Shown here: positions 1 to 13,604 of the stretch, in pieces | Position numbering within the stretch: the stretch's first letter is position 1 | How the letters are laid out: each line of letters begins with the position of its first letter | Origin: Pseudovirgaria hyperparasitica | Taxonomy: Eukaryota | DNA: 64,000 bases | NCBI GenBank assembly: GCA_010093815.1 | Contig: ML996581.1 | Direction: 5' to 3' (one strand) | Made by a program: the position numbers and the translations under genes | The notes under the pieces: generated by a model | The model's database searches: none | The model's input: only the letters and a program-made list of their open reading frames with translations | Told to the model about the DNA's origin: nothing

Positions 1-3000
1 TGTTTGTGTGGCCACGAGCGTGCTGGGGAGGAGTGTCATGGTTGTTGGGAAGTGGCCGAGGTGGAAGGTGCTCTTGTTCAGGAGACGGGCGCCGGACTCT
101 GTTTGGGGATCTGTGGGTTTGTATCAGCATGTTAGATGCTCTCAGTGTATCTGTTGGTCAAACGTACGTTCTGGGTCGTATTGCATGACGTGCAACGTGC
201 AGTCTGCGTCTGCGATGACAATGTACAGGTTGCCGTCATGAGGCAGGAATTCGGCCGTCATGACCTCCATCTTGCTGCGTGTCTTGCCGAATAAAATCAT
301 CTTGTATGGTTCTTCCTGTGAGATTATGAGTATCCGAGTGCGTCTTCACGTACGCCGTACGTACCGTATATCCCGTGAACCACAGCCCCTTGGCAATATC
401 GCCCATCAGCACCATCCCCGTGCCCTTCAATGCCTTCGCCACCGTGACATAGCACTGCATGTCCATGAACGCCACTGGTAGCAGTGTCCCGTCTTCTTTC
501 AAGCCTCGCACCATGCACTTCTGGCCCTGCGCCACAAGAATAAACCCTTGTGCGCCAATCTCTGACAGTGCCGTCACCGCACCCTTGACTTCCTCCTGGA
601 CTATCAGGCGCAGCTTTCGGTTCGTCTCCGGACGATCGGGCTCGGGCACGACGGTGATGATCTCGAAGATGTACACGCAGCCCTTGGTAGCTAGGTCCTC
701 GCCGCGCACATACGCAGTGCCGACGGCAAGAAGCTCGCGCCGCTCATGCGTGGTTTCCGAAACTTCGAGATTCAGGACGTCCATGCACATGATGACCTCA
801 TTTTCTTCGAGCTCGTAGCTGTTGCAGGTTAGTATCTTGTGCGACGCTTGAGTGAAAGGCTACGTACGTGTCGATGATGGACCAATTGGCGGGATGCAGA
901 AGTTTGATCTGGCCCCGTTCTGTCTCGGGCCGGAACGTGATGTCTGAGTCGGGGATTAGCATTTTCCTTCGGTGTTGTGCCCAGTACACCTACCTTCTCT
1001 TGCCCACTCATGGTGGTATGAGTCCTCTGGAAGCGAGAACGGTTCAATAATGCTTGTTGCGAGAGCATACACTCCTTTTGGTGGATAATAGCACACTTTA
1101 CTGACGTCTTGGCCGATGGGAAGTTTTTTGTGTGCCCAACCAAGCGTCGAATACTGGAATCCAACCGGCAGTTGAGAGAATCGGAGAACACCCTAAGATC
1201 TTTAGCTTGCCGACAAAACATTGTCTTCATTCATTGGTACACATACGTCGATGTCGATGCTAGCAAACCCTTGTTCACACGTTGATGTATGATGCTTGGT
1301 GATTGCATTGATCGGCTTCCCTCGTAATGGGATGACCTTGGGCGAGTCTGAGGCTTCTTTCAAGATGAACGAGGGCGAGGCGCCCCCTTGGAAGACTGTA
1401 CTGTAACCCCCAACACTCCGCAACACTTTCAACGTGGTAGCATTTGCAGACTTTAGTGACTCTGCCGCGGCCTCTTCTGAGTACCTCGGAAGTTGCGGCT
1501 GCGATGCCTTGAGCCATCTGAGGTTTGTCGTGAAAGGCTCTGTGCCGTCTCCTGAAGGAAAATGGAATGGGCTATATATGACAAGGTCATCTAGAGAGGT
1601 CCGAACCTTATTGCTATCAGCACTGATGAAATACTGTCTAACCGCGAGCACTTACTATCAAATGAGGTGTCTTGCTCACGGGATCACCCAAATCGGCCAC
1701 GAGAAGCTCAGTAATCGTCGCCTTGTTTGCGGTACGTCGAGGCGCATGCCCGGAGCTGACTACTTTGGGAAGAAAACTGAATCCCTCGGCGACATAACTA
1801 GGCTTTTCGAGATCCGGTAAGGTGTAAATCTTCAGAGCTCCTTCAGCGTTTATGAGGAACACCAAAGCCTCGTCATTTGTGCTTTGTGATTGGTATATGC
1901 AGCCAGAAAGCCATTTAGAGGATCGAAAGTCGTCGCCTTGTTCCACTTCTTCGATATCGCCGCCCAGCTCAGCCTTGAAGACAACCGCGCTTGCATCATC
2001 TCGTAGAATCAGTAGATAGGGGTCTGCAAAACTGGAGCTGACTATCTGGATCTCGGCACCTGTTTCTTCGTCCTCCATGGGTAATATCTGCGCCAATCCA
2101 AGTTCTGTTCGTCATAGCAGTCAGCAAAGACACAAAGACATCTGGGTAATCGGTACACAAGACTGGAAACGTATGCATCGGAACGATAGAGTGGATGGAA
2201 ACGTTTTATTGTATTGAGGTCTACAATGACACCAGAAAATACAGCCAAAATGCACACTCCTTTGGCAACTACAGGAGTCCTGCTCAGATACGCGTTGCAT
2301 CACGCTACACCGGGGTCTTTTAAGGCTGGAGAAGGAGAAGGGAGACTCACCGGTATAGCTTCGAATCTCGCTCTTCAAGAGCTGGACGATCTTCGTACGG
2401 TTGCACAACGTACCGACATCAACCGTCATACCACTATCTCGTTCAAAGTCGCCTTCTGCCATCTCTGCTATCTCCGAGCCGCTTATGCTATACACGACGG
2501 TGCTACCGCCGTCCTCGCCACCACTTTTTGATACGAACAACAAGTCGTCGTACTCTGGGTCAGAGCCATTCATAGAAGCATCTGACGCCTCGATGGATGG
2601 CTGTTTCTTGGCCGAGATGGACCATATTGCTTGTGCATCAGTCATTACGTGTTGCGTAGTCACAACGGCATCTATCTCTTTTTTGAGTATGGATACGGCT
2701 CCCCCTTTTCGGCGCCCTGTCGCTACCACTAATTCAAGGGCATCGTCGGCACTGACAGCTGTACTGCTCAAAGTGACATCACTCAGGAGACCAAGTCCAG
2801 TCAACGAATCATGTACTCTGAAAACGATGTCCTCAGATGGGCCTGAATCAGCAGCAGAAGTGGTAGTCTGCTTAGCTTCGCCACCTTCATCATTATAGAG
2901 GTCATCATCATCCTCGGCCTCTTCTAGATCATCATCGTCAAGAGAAAGATCTGGGTCTGCAGCAAGCAGCTCAGCATGAGACTTCTTCCTAGTTGATTGC

Positions 3001-4343
3001 GGGATTTTAGCTTTGGCTTCGCGACTCCAGCCAACTAGAATCGAGTCGCCCTCCTCGCTACCTATGAATACCTTTCCGTGGCCAATGCTAGTCGCACAGG
3101 ACGGTCTGCTCACCATGATACTGCCACCTCGTTCAGCAGGTACCTTTTCCACGGTCATACTCGACACCGAACGACCGTCAAGCTGAAATCCGATGGTGAC
3201 GAACTCGCCAGTGTTTAGCACAAGGAGAATTTCACCAGTTTCGGCTGATATCTGCTCGAGTGTACAATCTTCCAGCCGCAGAGCTAGTTCAGAACGATCG
3301 GCCATTGGGAATGATGAGCTCTTCTTGGCGAATTCATTGACCGCAACTGCATGCGTCTTGCCAGCTTGATCCACATGGATGACTTCATTACCACCGAGAA
3401 GGAGAGCACCTCCGATCGGAAGCGGCAGGGCAGCAACTCGAGACACGTCGTATGGCAGGCCCTGGACCGTCAACAGTTTGGTAGACGCTCGTTGTTCCAG
3501 ATCCAGGGTGAAAACCGTGTAATCGAGAATATCCTTTCTTTCGGCAAGCAGAGAAGCCGCGGAAGTCTTTGAGGAAGCAATGACACCAAAAGTGGGCTCG
3601 CGGTATTCGTGCAAGAACGCCAGATGAACAGGCTGTGTGTAGACAGGGTCGAGAGCCGTGAGGGGCAAGACGAAAGACGACTTGTATGGTGTCTGAGAGG
3701 CATTGTCCTGGGCATCACCGTTTGCCGTTCTTGATTTAGCTGCGGGCGCATCCACTGCATCCTCATTGTCTGGGTCATAATCGTCTTCAATAAGATCGTC
3801 TCCGACTTGGCGAAAAGGTAGAATAGCCAAATTGTGCACGCCGAATTTGAGCGCGGCACACCGGCTGTTAGGGTCAGCTGTCAAGAAGTTGTAGCAGTCT
3901 CCCAGGTCCGGTGCCCACGGACAGGTCTGCAAGTCTTGCGCCTCATAATAATGAATGGAAATTGTAGACAAGCCATGGGTCTCTGGGTCCCACTCTACGA
4001 GACTGAGCTTCGCATCTTTGAACGAGGCCAGTAGTGCTTCGCCCCCCGACTTCGAGTCAAGTATTTTGATTCTTGCAAGTGAGGTTATTGTACCAGACAA
4101 AGGAAACTCGGCTACAAGTGCGAGCTTCGTGGTAGGTCCGGGCCCGTTTGCGCCATCTACGCCTGGAGCATTGTTGCTGTCTTTTTGATAAGGCCCAGGC
4201 GACTGGTTCACGGTCGTAGTCTCGAATATCTGTAGCAAAGACCCTTTGCCAACGATGAGATTGTTCGCTTGGGCGTCAAGGAAGGGGAGTGTGAGCGCAT
4301 GCGTGACAGCCGTCGGCGGCGTAAGCTCAGTATAGCACTGCAT
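1..4343 (-). CDS. CFT1: Cleavage and polyadenylation factor subunit Cft1/CPSF160 (multi-exon, 3' end runs off the window)
   Basis: N-terminus [15 protein letters not shown]..., motifs [34 protein letters not shown], and C-terminal beta-propeller text [42 protein letters not shown] in ORFs 2121..4343, 1638..2096, 1202..1651 and 236..790. These ORFs are joined by GT-AG introns, e.g. about 2108-2350. Confidence 0.93.
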
Positions 4344-4855
4344 TGGGTCGAGCGGCTCTCATATGAGGACAGTCGAACATAGTAGGTCTGAGAGCGCGGC
4401 ACACCGGTGGGCGTAAGGTGAGTGATTCGAAGACTCCGAAGGTTAGCTCTTCTCTTGGAGAGCTGTCGCGAGACCGAATGCGTATAGAGAGCAGCTAAAA
4501 CTACTGCATAATGCGCTTGGTCCGTGCACGCGGCTCAGCCTGCGGTTAGTGTGGCTGGAGCTTGCCCAATCCCAGCCACAGCGTCCTTGGGGCGATCGTC
4601 ATCGCAGGCCAAGCTACGATCATCGTACGGACAAGCCGGTTCACTTCCTTGAAAGCAAACCTCCTGCGCTCCCCACTTCCAACTCACTCCAGCCTGGCAG
4701 TTCCCCCATCGTCAGCTTCCTTCTGTCACCAGCTAGCTCTCCATATCGTCTGATCGTACATCAATACTGTAAGCGCCCGTCCACAATCTATACTTTCAGC
4801 TATACACCCAGCGGACTCCAGACTGACCACGTCCGCACAGCAGCTTGACGCCAAC

Positions 4856-6698
4856 ATGGCGCTCATTCAGACCAGCCTCATATGGGTTGCATATGCAGTC
4901 GCGATAGCGATTCTCCTCATTATTGCTTCGGTGTTCGTATACGTCTACCAGACCCCGCGGGACAGGGCTGCTTCGGTCACGACAGTATGCATCATCACCA
5001 TGAGCGCGCTCCTGGCAACGATCCTGCTGCTGCCTGTGGATGTTGCGCTTGTATCTGCAACCACGATTTCGAAGGAGGGGCGAAAGAAGGACTGGGCGAC
5101 GCCTGAGGCTGTCGACAGTATTCTATACACCCTCAAGATTGTATACTACACTCTGTTTTCTCTGGACGCCGTTCTGTGCCTCCTGGTTGTGCCGTTTACG
5201 TACTTCTGGCATGAAGAGACCGACGACGAAGCGCGCACAATGGGGACGCAATCATTTGGAAAGCAATTCTGGGGTGCGTTCAAGTACACTATTGCGTTCA
5301 TCTTCCTGGTCGTAATCCTGTTTCTTGTTGGATTCTTCGTGCCCGTTGCAAAGGATAGCCATGATCTCGACTACTTTAAGAAGCTTTTGACCGAGAACCG
5401 TAAGTCCCGTTTCCCTTTTTATAAGCTTTGACTTTGATGCTAAGCGGTCTGCAGGAGGTGAAAGGGCTCTGACGTTTGCGCTCGGGCTACTCATCACAAT
5501 TGGTACGGTCATCTATGTACTCTACACAGCAGCAGGACTCGCACTCCTCCCAGTCGCGCTCATCAAGTCAGCACCCGCAATCTCTGCTCCAAACTTGGCA
5601 GCGAACACTGCTTCGCAGCTGGAGCAGAATCGTGAGCGCCAGAGGCAGCTGGAGGGCCGCAACGAAGGCCGTGAGGGCGGCCTCGAGTCAAGAGACAGGC
5701 GTGAGCTCGAGGGCCTCGTGCGAGAAGAACGAACGCTGATCCGCAGAGAACGACTTGCGGCGGAGACCCAAGGCGAGGGCCGCAGCTGGATCGTGCGAGC
5801 GTGGATCAAGGTCGAAGCCGTCTTCCGGCCGTTCAAGCTGCTCTTCGGCTTCCTCCTGATGCTGCTCGCCCTGCTCATCTTCGTCAGCATGCTCATCACC
5901 GGCATCGACAAGGCCAAGAACTCGATCTGCAAGGAAAAGTGCGGCTACATCCTCGGCCACATCAACATCTTCCAGCCGATCAACTGGGTGTTTGTCAAGG
6001 CGGCGCGCGTCTTTCCCATCGACTACATCCTCTTCCTCCTCCTCGTGCTCTTCTTCTTCGCCGCCTCGGTCGTCGGCATCGCCTCGGTCGGCATCCGCTT
6101 TCTCTGGATCAAGCTCTTCAGCATCCGCAAAGGCCACACCTCCCCGCAAGCCCTCCTCATGGCCACAGTCATGCTCACCCTCATCGTGCTGGCAATCAAC
6201 TACTCCATCGCCATGCTAGTCGCCCCGCAATACGCAACCTACGGGCCCCAAACCTTCTGCGACCGCGCCGCCGCCCAGTCCCCCGACTCCAAATCCCCAG
6301 CAGACTGCACCAGCCACCCCGCCTCCATAAAACCCTGCACCGAACTCGCCGCCAACCCCGCCGCAAAACAAACCTGCACCCCCACCCTCATCAGCACCTT
6401 TCTCAACCGCATCACCGCAAACTTCCCCTTCTTCGGCATCGTGGCCTTTTGGGCCCAATTCGCTTTTTTGGCAGTCTATCTGGTCGTCTTTGTCACGACG
6501 CTGTTCCGCGTGCCCAGGCTGGATACGGAGCAGTTGGATGCGGATCTCGAGGAGGAGGAGGAGGAGGGCTTGTTGAGTTCGACGGGGAGGCGGTTTGATG
6601 CTACGTGGCAGGATATTACGGGGCGGGCGCGGGTGAGGCAGGAGAGGTGGGCTGCGGGGTATGGTGGTGTTGGGGGTGGGGAGGGGGGTGACGAGTAG
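4856..6698 (+). CDS. LMBR1/LMBRD1-like multi-pass membrane protein (usually annotated lysosomal cobalamin transporter)
   Basis: ORFs 4856..5431 and 5595..6698 joined by an intron at about 5400-5454 (GTAAGT...GCTAAG...CAG). Many TM helices; motifs [41 protein letters not shown]. Confidence 0.85.
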
Positions 6699-6709
6699 GG
6701 GGATGGACG

Positions 6710-6776
6710 GTGGAAGTGGATATGGAAATGGAAATGGAAATGGAAATGGACATGGACGTGGAGATGGAAATGGAAT
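6710..6776. repeat. Degenerate (GGAAAT)n hexamer microsatellite in convergent 3' spacer
   Basis: tggaagtggatatggaaatggaaatggaaatggaaatggacatggacgtggagatggaaatggaatgg. Confidence 0.85.
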
Positions 6777-7122
6777 GGTGGAGTGGTATATATATGCGAG
6801 ATGTTGAGAGGAGGGTGAGGATGAGGATTGGTAGGATGCAGGTGACTTGGTGGGAGTGGGGAGTGGTGGTGGTGGGGGTGGAATGGTAATGGGATGACGG
6901 TTGTATGTACGTAGGTAAGCACCACTGTGTGACAGCACTGCAGTGGATGATGGTATATCAAAGTACGCATTAATATACGTCTCTCTCTCTTTCACTCTCT
7001 AGTACCATCCAGGGGTATCAATATACATGCCAAAAACCCCCTCGGCACCTCCACCAAACCTCGGCCAAACGTACATATACGATACATACATATAACAAGT
7101 AGTAGTAGTACCCTAGAAACCG

Positions 7123-7190
7123 CATTCCCTCCCTGTATCACTGCCCATTCCCTCCCTGTATCACTGCCCATTCCCTCCCTGTATCACTGC
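7123..7190. repeat. 23-bp tandem repeat x3 overlapping the VTA1 stop codon
   Basis: CATTCCCTCCCTGTATCACTGCC at 7123, 7146 and 7169; the third copy contains the VTA1 TGA (tca 7184-7186). Confidence 0.95.
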
Positions 7191-8576
7191 GCAGGCCAGC
7201 CCTCCAGATCGGCCAAGGCGTTGCGCAACTCCTTGATAGCCGTGACCGAGTCTTCAAAGTTGAGGGCGGAAATGGCCCATTTAGCGTGTTTCTGGGCGCT
7301 GAGCATGGCGTCTTCGTCGGGTTTGAAGGGGGTGGTGGTGGTGGTGGGATGGTATCGTGATTGTGATTGTTGTTGTGGTGGTTGTGGCTGTGGTTGTGGT
7401 TGTGGTGGGTTGTGATTGCTGGTGGTGGTGTGGAGTTGAGGCTGTGGGGGGCGCCAGCCGGGCGGAGGCGAGAAGGTCTGCGGAGGAGGAGTCTGGGTGT
7501 AAAAGGATGAGGGATCGGGAGTCATGGCCGGGGGCGCTGTGGCTGTGTGAGAGGAGGAGGGCAAATTCATAGTTTCGTTGCCTTCTGGCGGTGGAGCGGT
7601 GGGCAGGCTCGGGGCAGACGAGTCGCTTGTAAAGGTAGGGACTGTGGGAAAGTAGCCGCCGCCTGCAGAGGTTGTAGACGCGGCCGATGCGGAGTTTTTG
7701 CGGGAGTCTGGGGACAGAGGAGAGACGTCGTGGGGATTCGGGGTGGCTGCAGCGTCTGGCATGTTGTACGAGTTTTGCGGATGGATGGGTGGGATGGGAG
7801 GCGACATGCGTGCTGAAAAGGCAGGAGAAGAAGGCGCCGAGGCGACATTTGGGGGTTGGTATGTACTCGACGTGCCATGCTGTATCCGCTGCACCTCTGG
7901 GTCGTTTGGATCCAAGACAGGCGCCGAACCGGTTGCGGCCTCTGACGCGGTAGTGTCTTCTGGTGGAGGGTTGGACAGGTTCGGGTCTTCTCCTGCCTTT
8001 AAAGCTTTCGCGATGCGCAAGGCGTGGAATTTGGCAAACTTTGACTTTGCTGCCGTTTCTGCGTCGAGGGGATTCGTCCATATGGTGAGCATATCTAGGA
8101 AGGTAGCGGCGGCGCGAAACGTATCGGCAGTCTGACTGGACTTGCTGTCAGTCGAGTGTGTATTTACTGGCGGCATTCAGACTTACGCAGAGGCCTTGTT
8201 CGAGCGTATAGAGTTGTCTGCCCTTTGGAACGTCTCTTGTGCGAACTGTTCTACGTAAGCCTGGGCGGCTACGTCGTCGGTGACGGCATCGTTATCCTGA
8301 AGCGCGTCTTTACTCTGCTCCAGCTTGCTCATCAAGTCTATGGTGTATGCTTCACATTCCGAGTCTAGTTTGTGGAGACCCTTTGTGAGGATCTGCTGGA
8401 CGATGTAGTATTGACCTGTTGAGGGATTAGAGCGTGCCGTGTGGGACTGATTGCTGACAGGAACGAAACTGACACCAGTATGCTATTGCGGGCTTGAACT
8501 TTTGTAATTGTGATGCGCGCAGGGCAAAGCGAGAGATGTCGGCAGCCCTGAGGCCGGCCGGGAGATTTGTTGACAT
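7184..8576 (-). CDS. VTA1: Vps4 cofactor Vta1 (ESCRT)
   Basis: Exon 1 MSTNLPAGLRAADISRFALRASQLQKFKPAIAYW; introns near 8416-8474 and 8140-8185; ADTFRAAATFLD, KSKFAKFHALRIAKALKAGEDPN; Pro-rich linker; C-terminal VSL motif AQKHAKWAISALNFED. Confidence 0.93.
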
Positions 8577-10851
8577 GACAGGTAGGCAGAGTGCGGCGAT
8601 GTGTGGTGAAGGCGTGTTGTCTCGTAGAAAGTTACAGGTTGAAGCTTGGTAGCTGGGTTGTGTTCTAAAACGGTGTAGTCAAGTTTGCGGCGCGGGGTAG
8701 CGAATAGGGCATTTTAGGAGTGCACCTCCTGTTCCAGGCAGAAAGAACAGACTCTCTCTCTCTCCTTTATGCAAGTTGGTCATGGCAAAGGAGATTGGCA
8801 GACATGTCGAGTCAGGCAGTCAGGCAGTCAGTCAGTCAGTCTTGAGCAGGAGGCGCAGGATGTTTCTGGGTGCGGACAATTAGCAGTGGCTGATTCTTTG
8901 CGGCATGGCACGACTATTACAACGACACAGCATTCTCAGCGTCTAGACTAAGTAAATTGTCCGTCCGTTGTCAGGGTGTGGATGCAAGTGGTATCATAAT
9001 CATAAGGTACGAAACGGCTAGGGGGTTAGAGACGTCTGACGGAGCAAGGTCCTTGTTGCGGTCTATGGGCTCGTGTACAGAGAGTAAAAAGAGTTCCTGC
9101 GGCACGGTGTTTGCAGCCCCACAAGTGAACGGGCGGGACGAGAATTTAATTAATTTGCATCAGAGGAAGGTGTGTACAAGTGAGTGTACAGGACTGTGCC
9201 GTAATAGGGAGAGGCAAGAGATGAGATGGTCTGATGGACCTCAGCTTCACAAGCAGAAAAGTGATTGAAGCAGCAATTAGATGGTGGTAGCTCAGGCCAC
9301 CAACTCTCTCTTTTGGTGGAGCAGCTGAGTAGAGTAGAAAGGATGGAAGTGGATGATTAAGCGGACGAAGCAGTCGTTGTTTCCTCACTGGTTTCAGCGA
9401 CAGGGAAGGAAGGAAGGAGGGACGGAAAGAAGGAAGGAAGAACCCCTTGTTTTGCCCACCCACATCAGGCGAAACCGGCCGGATAGCGATAGCGATGTTC
9501 TAGTGCATGTGGAGACTGAGTGTACTGTAGTACTTACTGTAGCAGCAGTCAGCCAGTCAGTCAGTCAGTCAGCAGTAATTAGTGCAGGCAACGGACCGAT
9601 GGATAGCAATCGATTCGAAACGCGTCAGGCACACACAAGGCGGACGGACCAATGGCGAGCAAGAGTGTGCAACATGGTTCTGTTGGTTTAGCGCGCGCGA
9701 TAGATACGTAGTGGACGGGCGCGTAACCAAAGACGAGAGGGGGAAAAGTGGACGATGTGGACGGTATTAGAGTGTGGGCTGTGGACTGTGGATAATTAGC
9801 TGGAGTGTTGAGAGTGGAATGCAAAGAGTGAGGGTGGAGTATGAGATGGAGTTCTTATCTGGGTGGGTGCCTGAGGTGGATGGAATGCAACAGATCGATG
9901 CCTGAGGTGTCTTGTCTGATTGGCTTCCACAGGTTTCGACAGGGCGCGTCGAAAGAGAGAGAGACACAAGTCGTCAAGCGGGCGCTATGCCTGTTCCTGG
10001 CTCTGTTCCTGTTCCTGCGCATCCCGTGCTGCAGACTACCCAGCACGAGTCAGCCCGTCGGATGCAGCCAGCAGCCAACCAAGATTGAAAAGCTTAATCC
10101 ATTAGCTTTGCCTGTCAAGCTCTGCCCTACTCGTGTCGACTAAAGACTGGCCTACCCTAATCCGCTCTACTGCCACTGACTGGTCCCACGTCAAACCTGC
10201 CCAACTGCCTCTCTACCCGCAATTTCGTCAACTCGTCAATTCGTTCGCTGTGCCCCTCGCTCGCCCTCTTCCGTCCTCTAGAGCGCTTGGACGTTTGCCC
10301 TTTGCCGTCGTCGTCGTCGTATCTCTCTCTCTCTCCTCTTGTCCTCGTCCTTCAAACTCTCTCCAACACTCCTTCATCCACCACCACCACATTCTTTGCG
10401 CGCTTCAGACGCTGCCATCTTCTTTACTTGCCCCATTCATTCACTCCTTTTTCGTCTTCTAAAAATATCGCGAATCATCTATTCTGCCCATTACCTGCTC
10501 CATTAAGCGCCTATCACGCTCCGAGCTGCGCTCAACACCAATACCACCACCACCACCACCATCACTCGTCCTCTCATTAACGCTGGTCATTGTCACTCTC
10601 TACTACCCTGACGCAGTACCTGCTACTGTTACTGTCCACCTGCACTGCACTGCACTGCCCTGCCTTGCCTCGCATATCGCGACATCACCTGCCCCGGCCC
10701 AATCCGGCATTTCCACCATCACCTCCACATTCCACTGGCCGCCAACAGCCTCTGGAATCACGAGCACATTTCTGCCCAGCTGCTCATTATCAATCCGTCA
10801 GCCCTGCTTCTTCTCATCCGGCGCATCACTCTACTCGCTTGCATTGCTGAA

Positions 10852-11748
10852 ATGGCTAGCAAAATGTCCATCGCGCGTGCCTTCACCACCAGGCGCAAGC
10901 TGGACTCTCCCCCAGACTCCTCTGCTCCTCCTGCTCGCTCTCAGAGCACCCGCAAGGGTCCAATCCAACGCAGCCAGATATCCATGCCTGTAGCCCTCAT
11001 CTCCACCACAAACATGCTCTCCTACAATGCTCCTGACATTGAAGGCTCCCGTCAGCGATCCGCAACCCTGACTACCTCGACAACCTCGACCTCCTCCTCT
11101 CGCACATCCCAAGACTCCGACTCGCGCTCGTCCGCTTCAAGCACACAGGACACTGATGCCTCTTCGCTGGGCTCTTCGCCCGTATCGCCAAATCCCCCGA
11201 AAGGGAACCATCTGTCGGGCTATTTCTCTGCCGCCAACAACAAGACCGCAATGCTTCCGACGCCTACCATACCCTCGGAAATATCCTCAGGAGTACAACA
11301 CTCTTCGCCGCAAAGGTCCGCCTCCACCGCAAGCCTTGCACAGAAGAAGCTGTCGGTTGCAGACGATCCGAAACCTGCAGTCCCCACCCGCGCCTTGTCG
11401 CACAGCAGAGCCTCACATGAATTCCTGGCCCGTCAACGTTCACTTCGCAATTCTGCATCGTCGCCGCGTCCGACAAGAGACTCCCGCGAGCAGCGCGCCT
11501 CCGTCGACATCTTCAACGCTGCCGATGACCCCATGCATCCCTTTGGCAAGGAGCTCGAGGAACTCAAGGAGGTGGCTGAGGAGCTTGGTGGTGCCGTCAA
11601 TGAGGCTGTCAACAACGAGGATCTCACTTTTATGCTAAACAACAAGCTGGCCAAGTTTGATGCGGCCGACTATCTGTGCGAAATCCAGCCCTTGTTCGCC
11701 GGCCTCTTCCACAAGCAGATTGTTGCTCTCCAGACCGGTTGGATATAA
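10852..11748 (+). CDS. Fungal hypothetical protein, Ser-rich/disordered (298 aa)
   Basis: Intronless ATG-to-TAA ORF with coding-like composition; segments ISMPVALISTTNMLSYNAPDI and HPFGKELEELKEVAEEL resemble a Pezizomycotina hypothetical family (from memory, not searched). Confidence 0.75.
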   Translation: MASKMSIARAFTTRRKLDSPPDSSAPPARSQSTRKGPIQRSQISMPVALISTTNMLSYNAPDIEGSRQRSATLTTSTTSTSSSRTSQDSDSRSSASSTQDTDASSLGSSPVSPNPPKGNHLSGYFSAANNKTAMLPTPTIPSEISSGVQHSSPQRSASTASLAQKKLSVADDPKPAVPTRALSHSRASHEFLARQRSLRNSASSPRPTRDSREQRASVDIFNAADDPMHPFGKELEELKEVAEELGGAVNEAVNNEDLTFMLNNKLAKFDAADYLCEIQPLFAGLFHKQIVALQTGWI

Positions 11749-12029
11749 TCGCTCCCTCTCTCTCTCCCTTTTTTTCGTTGTTACAAAGGTCGTGCAGATC
11801 GCTCTTCTTGTCTGTGCACATTCTACCACCTCTTCTTCGACACTCTCATTAACATGTCTTATGCTTTTTACGTCTCGGCCGGGCGGAGTTTTATAGGTTA
11901 AAAGGAAAAAAGGGCTCTGGCCGAACATCTCACTTGCTATTTCTCTCTTTTTGGAATCATGTGGCATCTTGGACACGACGGAACGGGATCTGGGACTTGG
12001 TTGACAAACTAAGGGCGTCTATACTACGG

Positions 12030-12365
12030 TCGACGCGACATGTCCTCATCTATGCGCAGGAAGAATTGGAATTTTTGAACATGTATTTTTTTGGCAGCAG
12101 TCGAGAAGTCTAATCCGACACATTCACATGCCAGACATGATGTGTGTGTGCAGGCAGAGAAGTGGATTCTAGATTATCTATACCGACAATCAAGTCCAAT
12201 ACAACAATCCACATGCGCGACATGCCATGTGCAGAAATGGAATGTACGTTACTTGTACCGACATCCAAGTCCAATACAATCCACATGCGAGACATGATGT
12301 ATGCAGAAAAAAATGGACTGTACATTACTCTGTACCGACATCCACGTCCAATAAATACATGCGGA
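12030..12365. repeat. Degenerate minisatellite, about 4 units of 70-85 bp
   Basis: Recurring TACCGACA(A)TCCAAGTCCAATACAA..CCACATGCG(A/C)GACATG..ATGTGCAGAAA..TGGA near 12181, 12257 and 12333, with a more decayed copy from about 12105. Confidence 0.8.
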
Positions 12366-13024
12366 TGCGAGAGCGCGCACCCCCGTTTCCCTCAAGCCTG
12401 CTACCTGTATGTTTCTGCCTTTCAACATGTCTATGCGCGCCGCCGCCGGAGTTCACACTCAGCGGCGGCGGCGGCGGGGTGTGTGTGGCACGTGGACCGA
12501 GTGTGCCTCCAACCAGGCCTGAGCTGGCTAGTGCATCTTATTACAGAGCTGCCCCACGCTCGTTCTTGCCCGGGTTGTGTGCTTTTCTCTAAACAACAAA
12601 CACTTCCAAACACACACATATACACTCCACATACCTCTCACTCACTCACTCACTCATTCCCTCACTCACTCACCCTCCATCCCCCTCCTTGACTCTACAC
12701 ATTCACTCTCGCCTACTACTCCTTCCTTGGCCCGTCACGATTGGCCCCAAGCCTCTTCACCTCCTCCCAAAAGGCGCGCGCCCCCCTCCCCGCCAAAGTT
12801 CTGCCTAACCGCTGGCAGTATCAAGGGTCTTTTCTCTCTCTCTCTCTCCCTCCCTCCCTCCCTCATCTTCTTTTCTTTCGCGTCTTTCCCAGCCCAAGTA
12901 ACTAGCGACCTGCGACCGTACCGCTCCCTGCCGCCACCGCCGCCGTCGCGACTGTCGTGACCTCTAATTATCAGTATCATCTCGCAAAAGTCCGTCTGTA
13001 CGAATCCAGGCCCTGCAAAAGACC

Positions 13025-13604
13025 ATGGATCTCGACTACTCTCGCCGGAATAAGAAACCCCGCCCCCTGTCGGACGCCGAAAAGGACAAGCTGGACGAGT
13101 TTGTCGAGGCAATCCACTACTCTGCTCGGTACGTTGGTTTATAAACGTGTACCTACCTGTTGGTGTCGGATTATTGTGTGTTGCTCACGACAAGTTCTTC
13201 CGCGCAGATACTCGGACAGCGAGTACGAGTACCGCCACGTGCAACTGCCCAAGACGATGTTGAAGGCTATACCGAAGGAATACTTTGACGGCGCTCGCGG
13301 CACCCTCAAGCTGCTGTGGGAGGAGGAATGGCGGGGGCTCGGCATCACGCAAGTAAGGCACACATGACCCGGAGGAGAAGAAAAGCTTTTTTGCAAAAAA
13401 AACACGGCCTGGGGCTTATTCGATTTTTTTTTCTCTCTTGCGCAGAGTCTAGGATGGGAGCATTACGAAGTGCACGAGCCGGAACCTCATATTCTCTTGT
13501 TCAAGTGAGTGAAAAGGGAGAGCCCATCCGACCTTTTATTCGTGTCATGCTCACCACCTCCACACAGACGCCCTATCAATTACCAACCGCCAGCACAGCA
13601 CTGA
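13025..13604 (+). CDS. CKS1: Cyclin-dependent kinase regulatory subunit Cks1/Suc1
   Basis: Exons 13025-13128, 13208-13352, 13446-13504 and 13568-13604 splice to [17 protein letters not shown]...[21 protein letters not shown]...[42 protein letters not shown]. Confidence 0.97.

Noticed and set aside
12030..12365. Repeat-linker pattern superficially like a CRISPR array
   Set aside because: Eukaryotic context, linkers are homologous to each other, repeats are degenerate, no cas genes.
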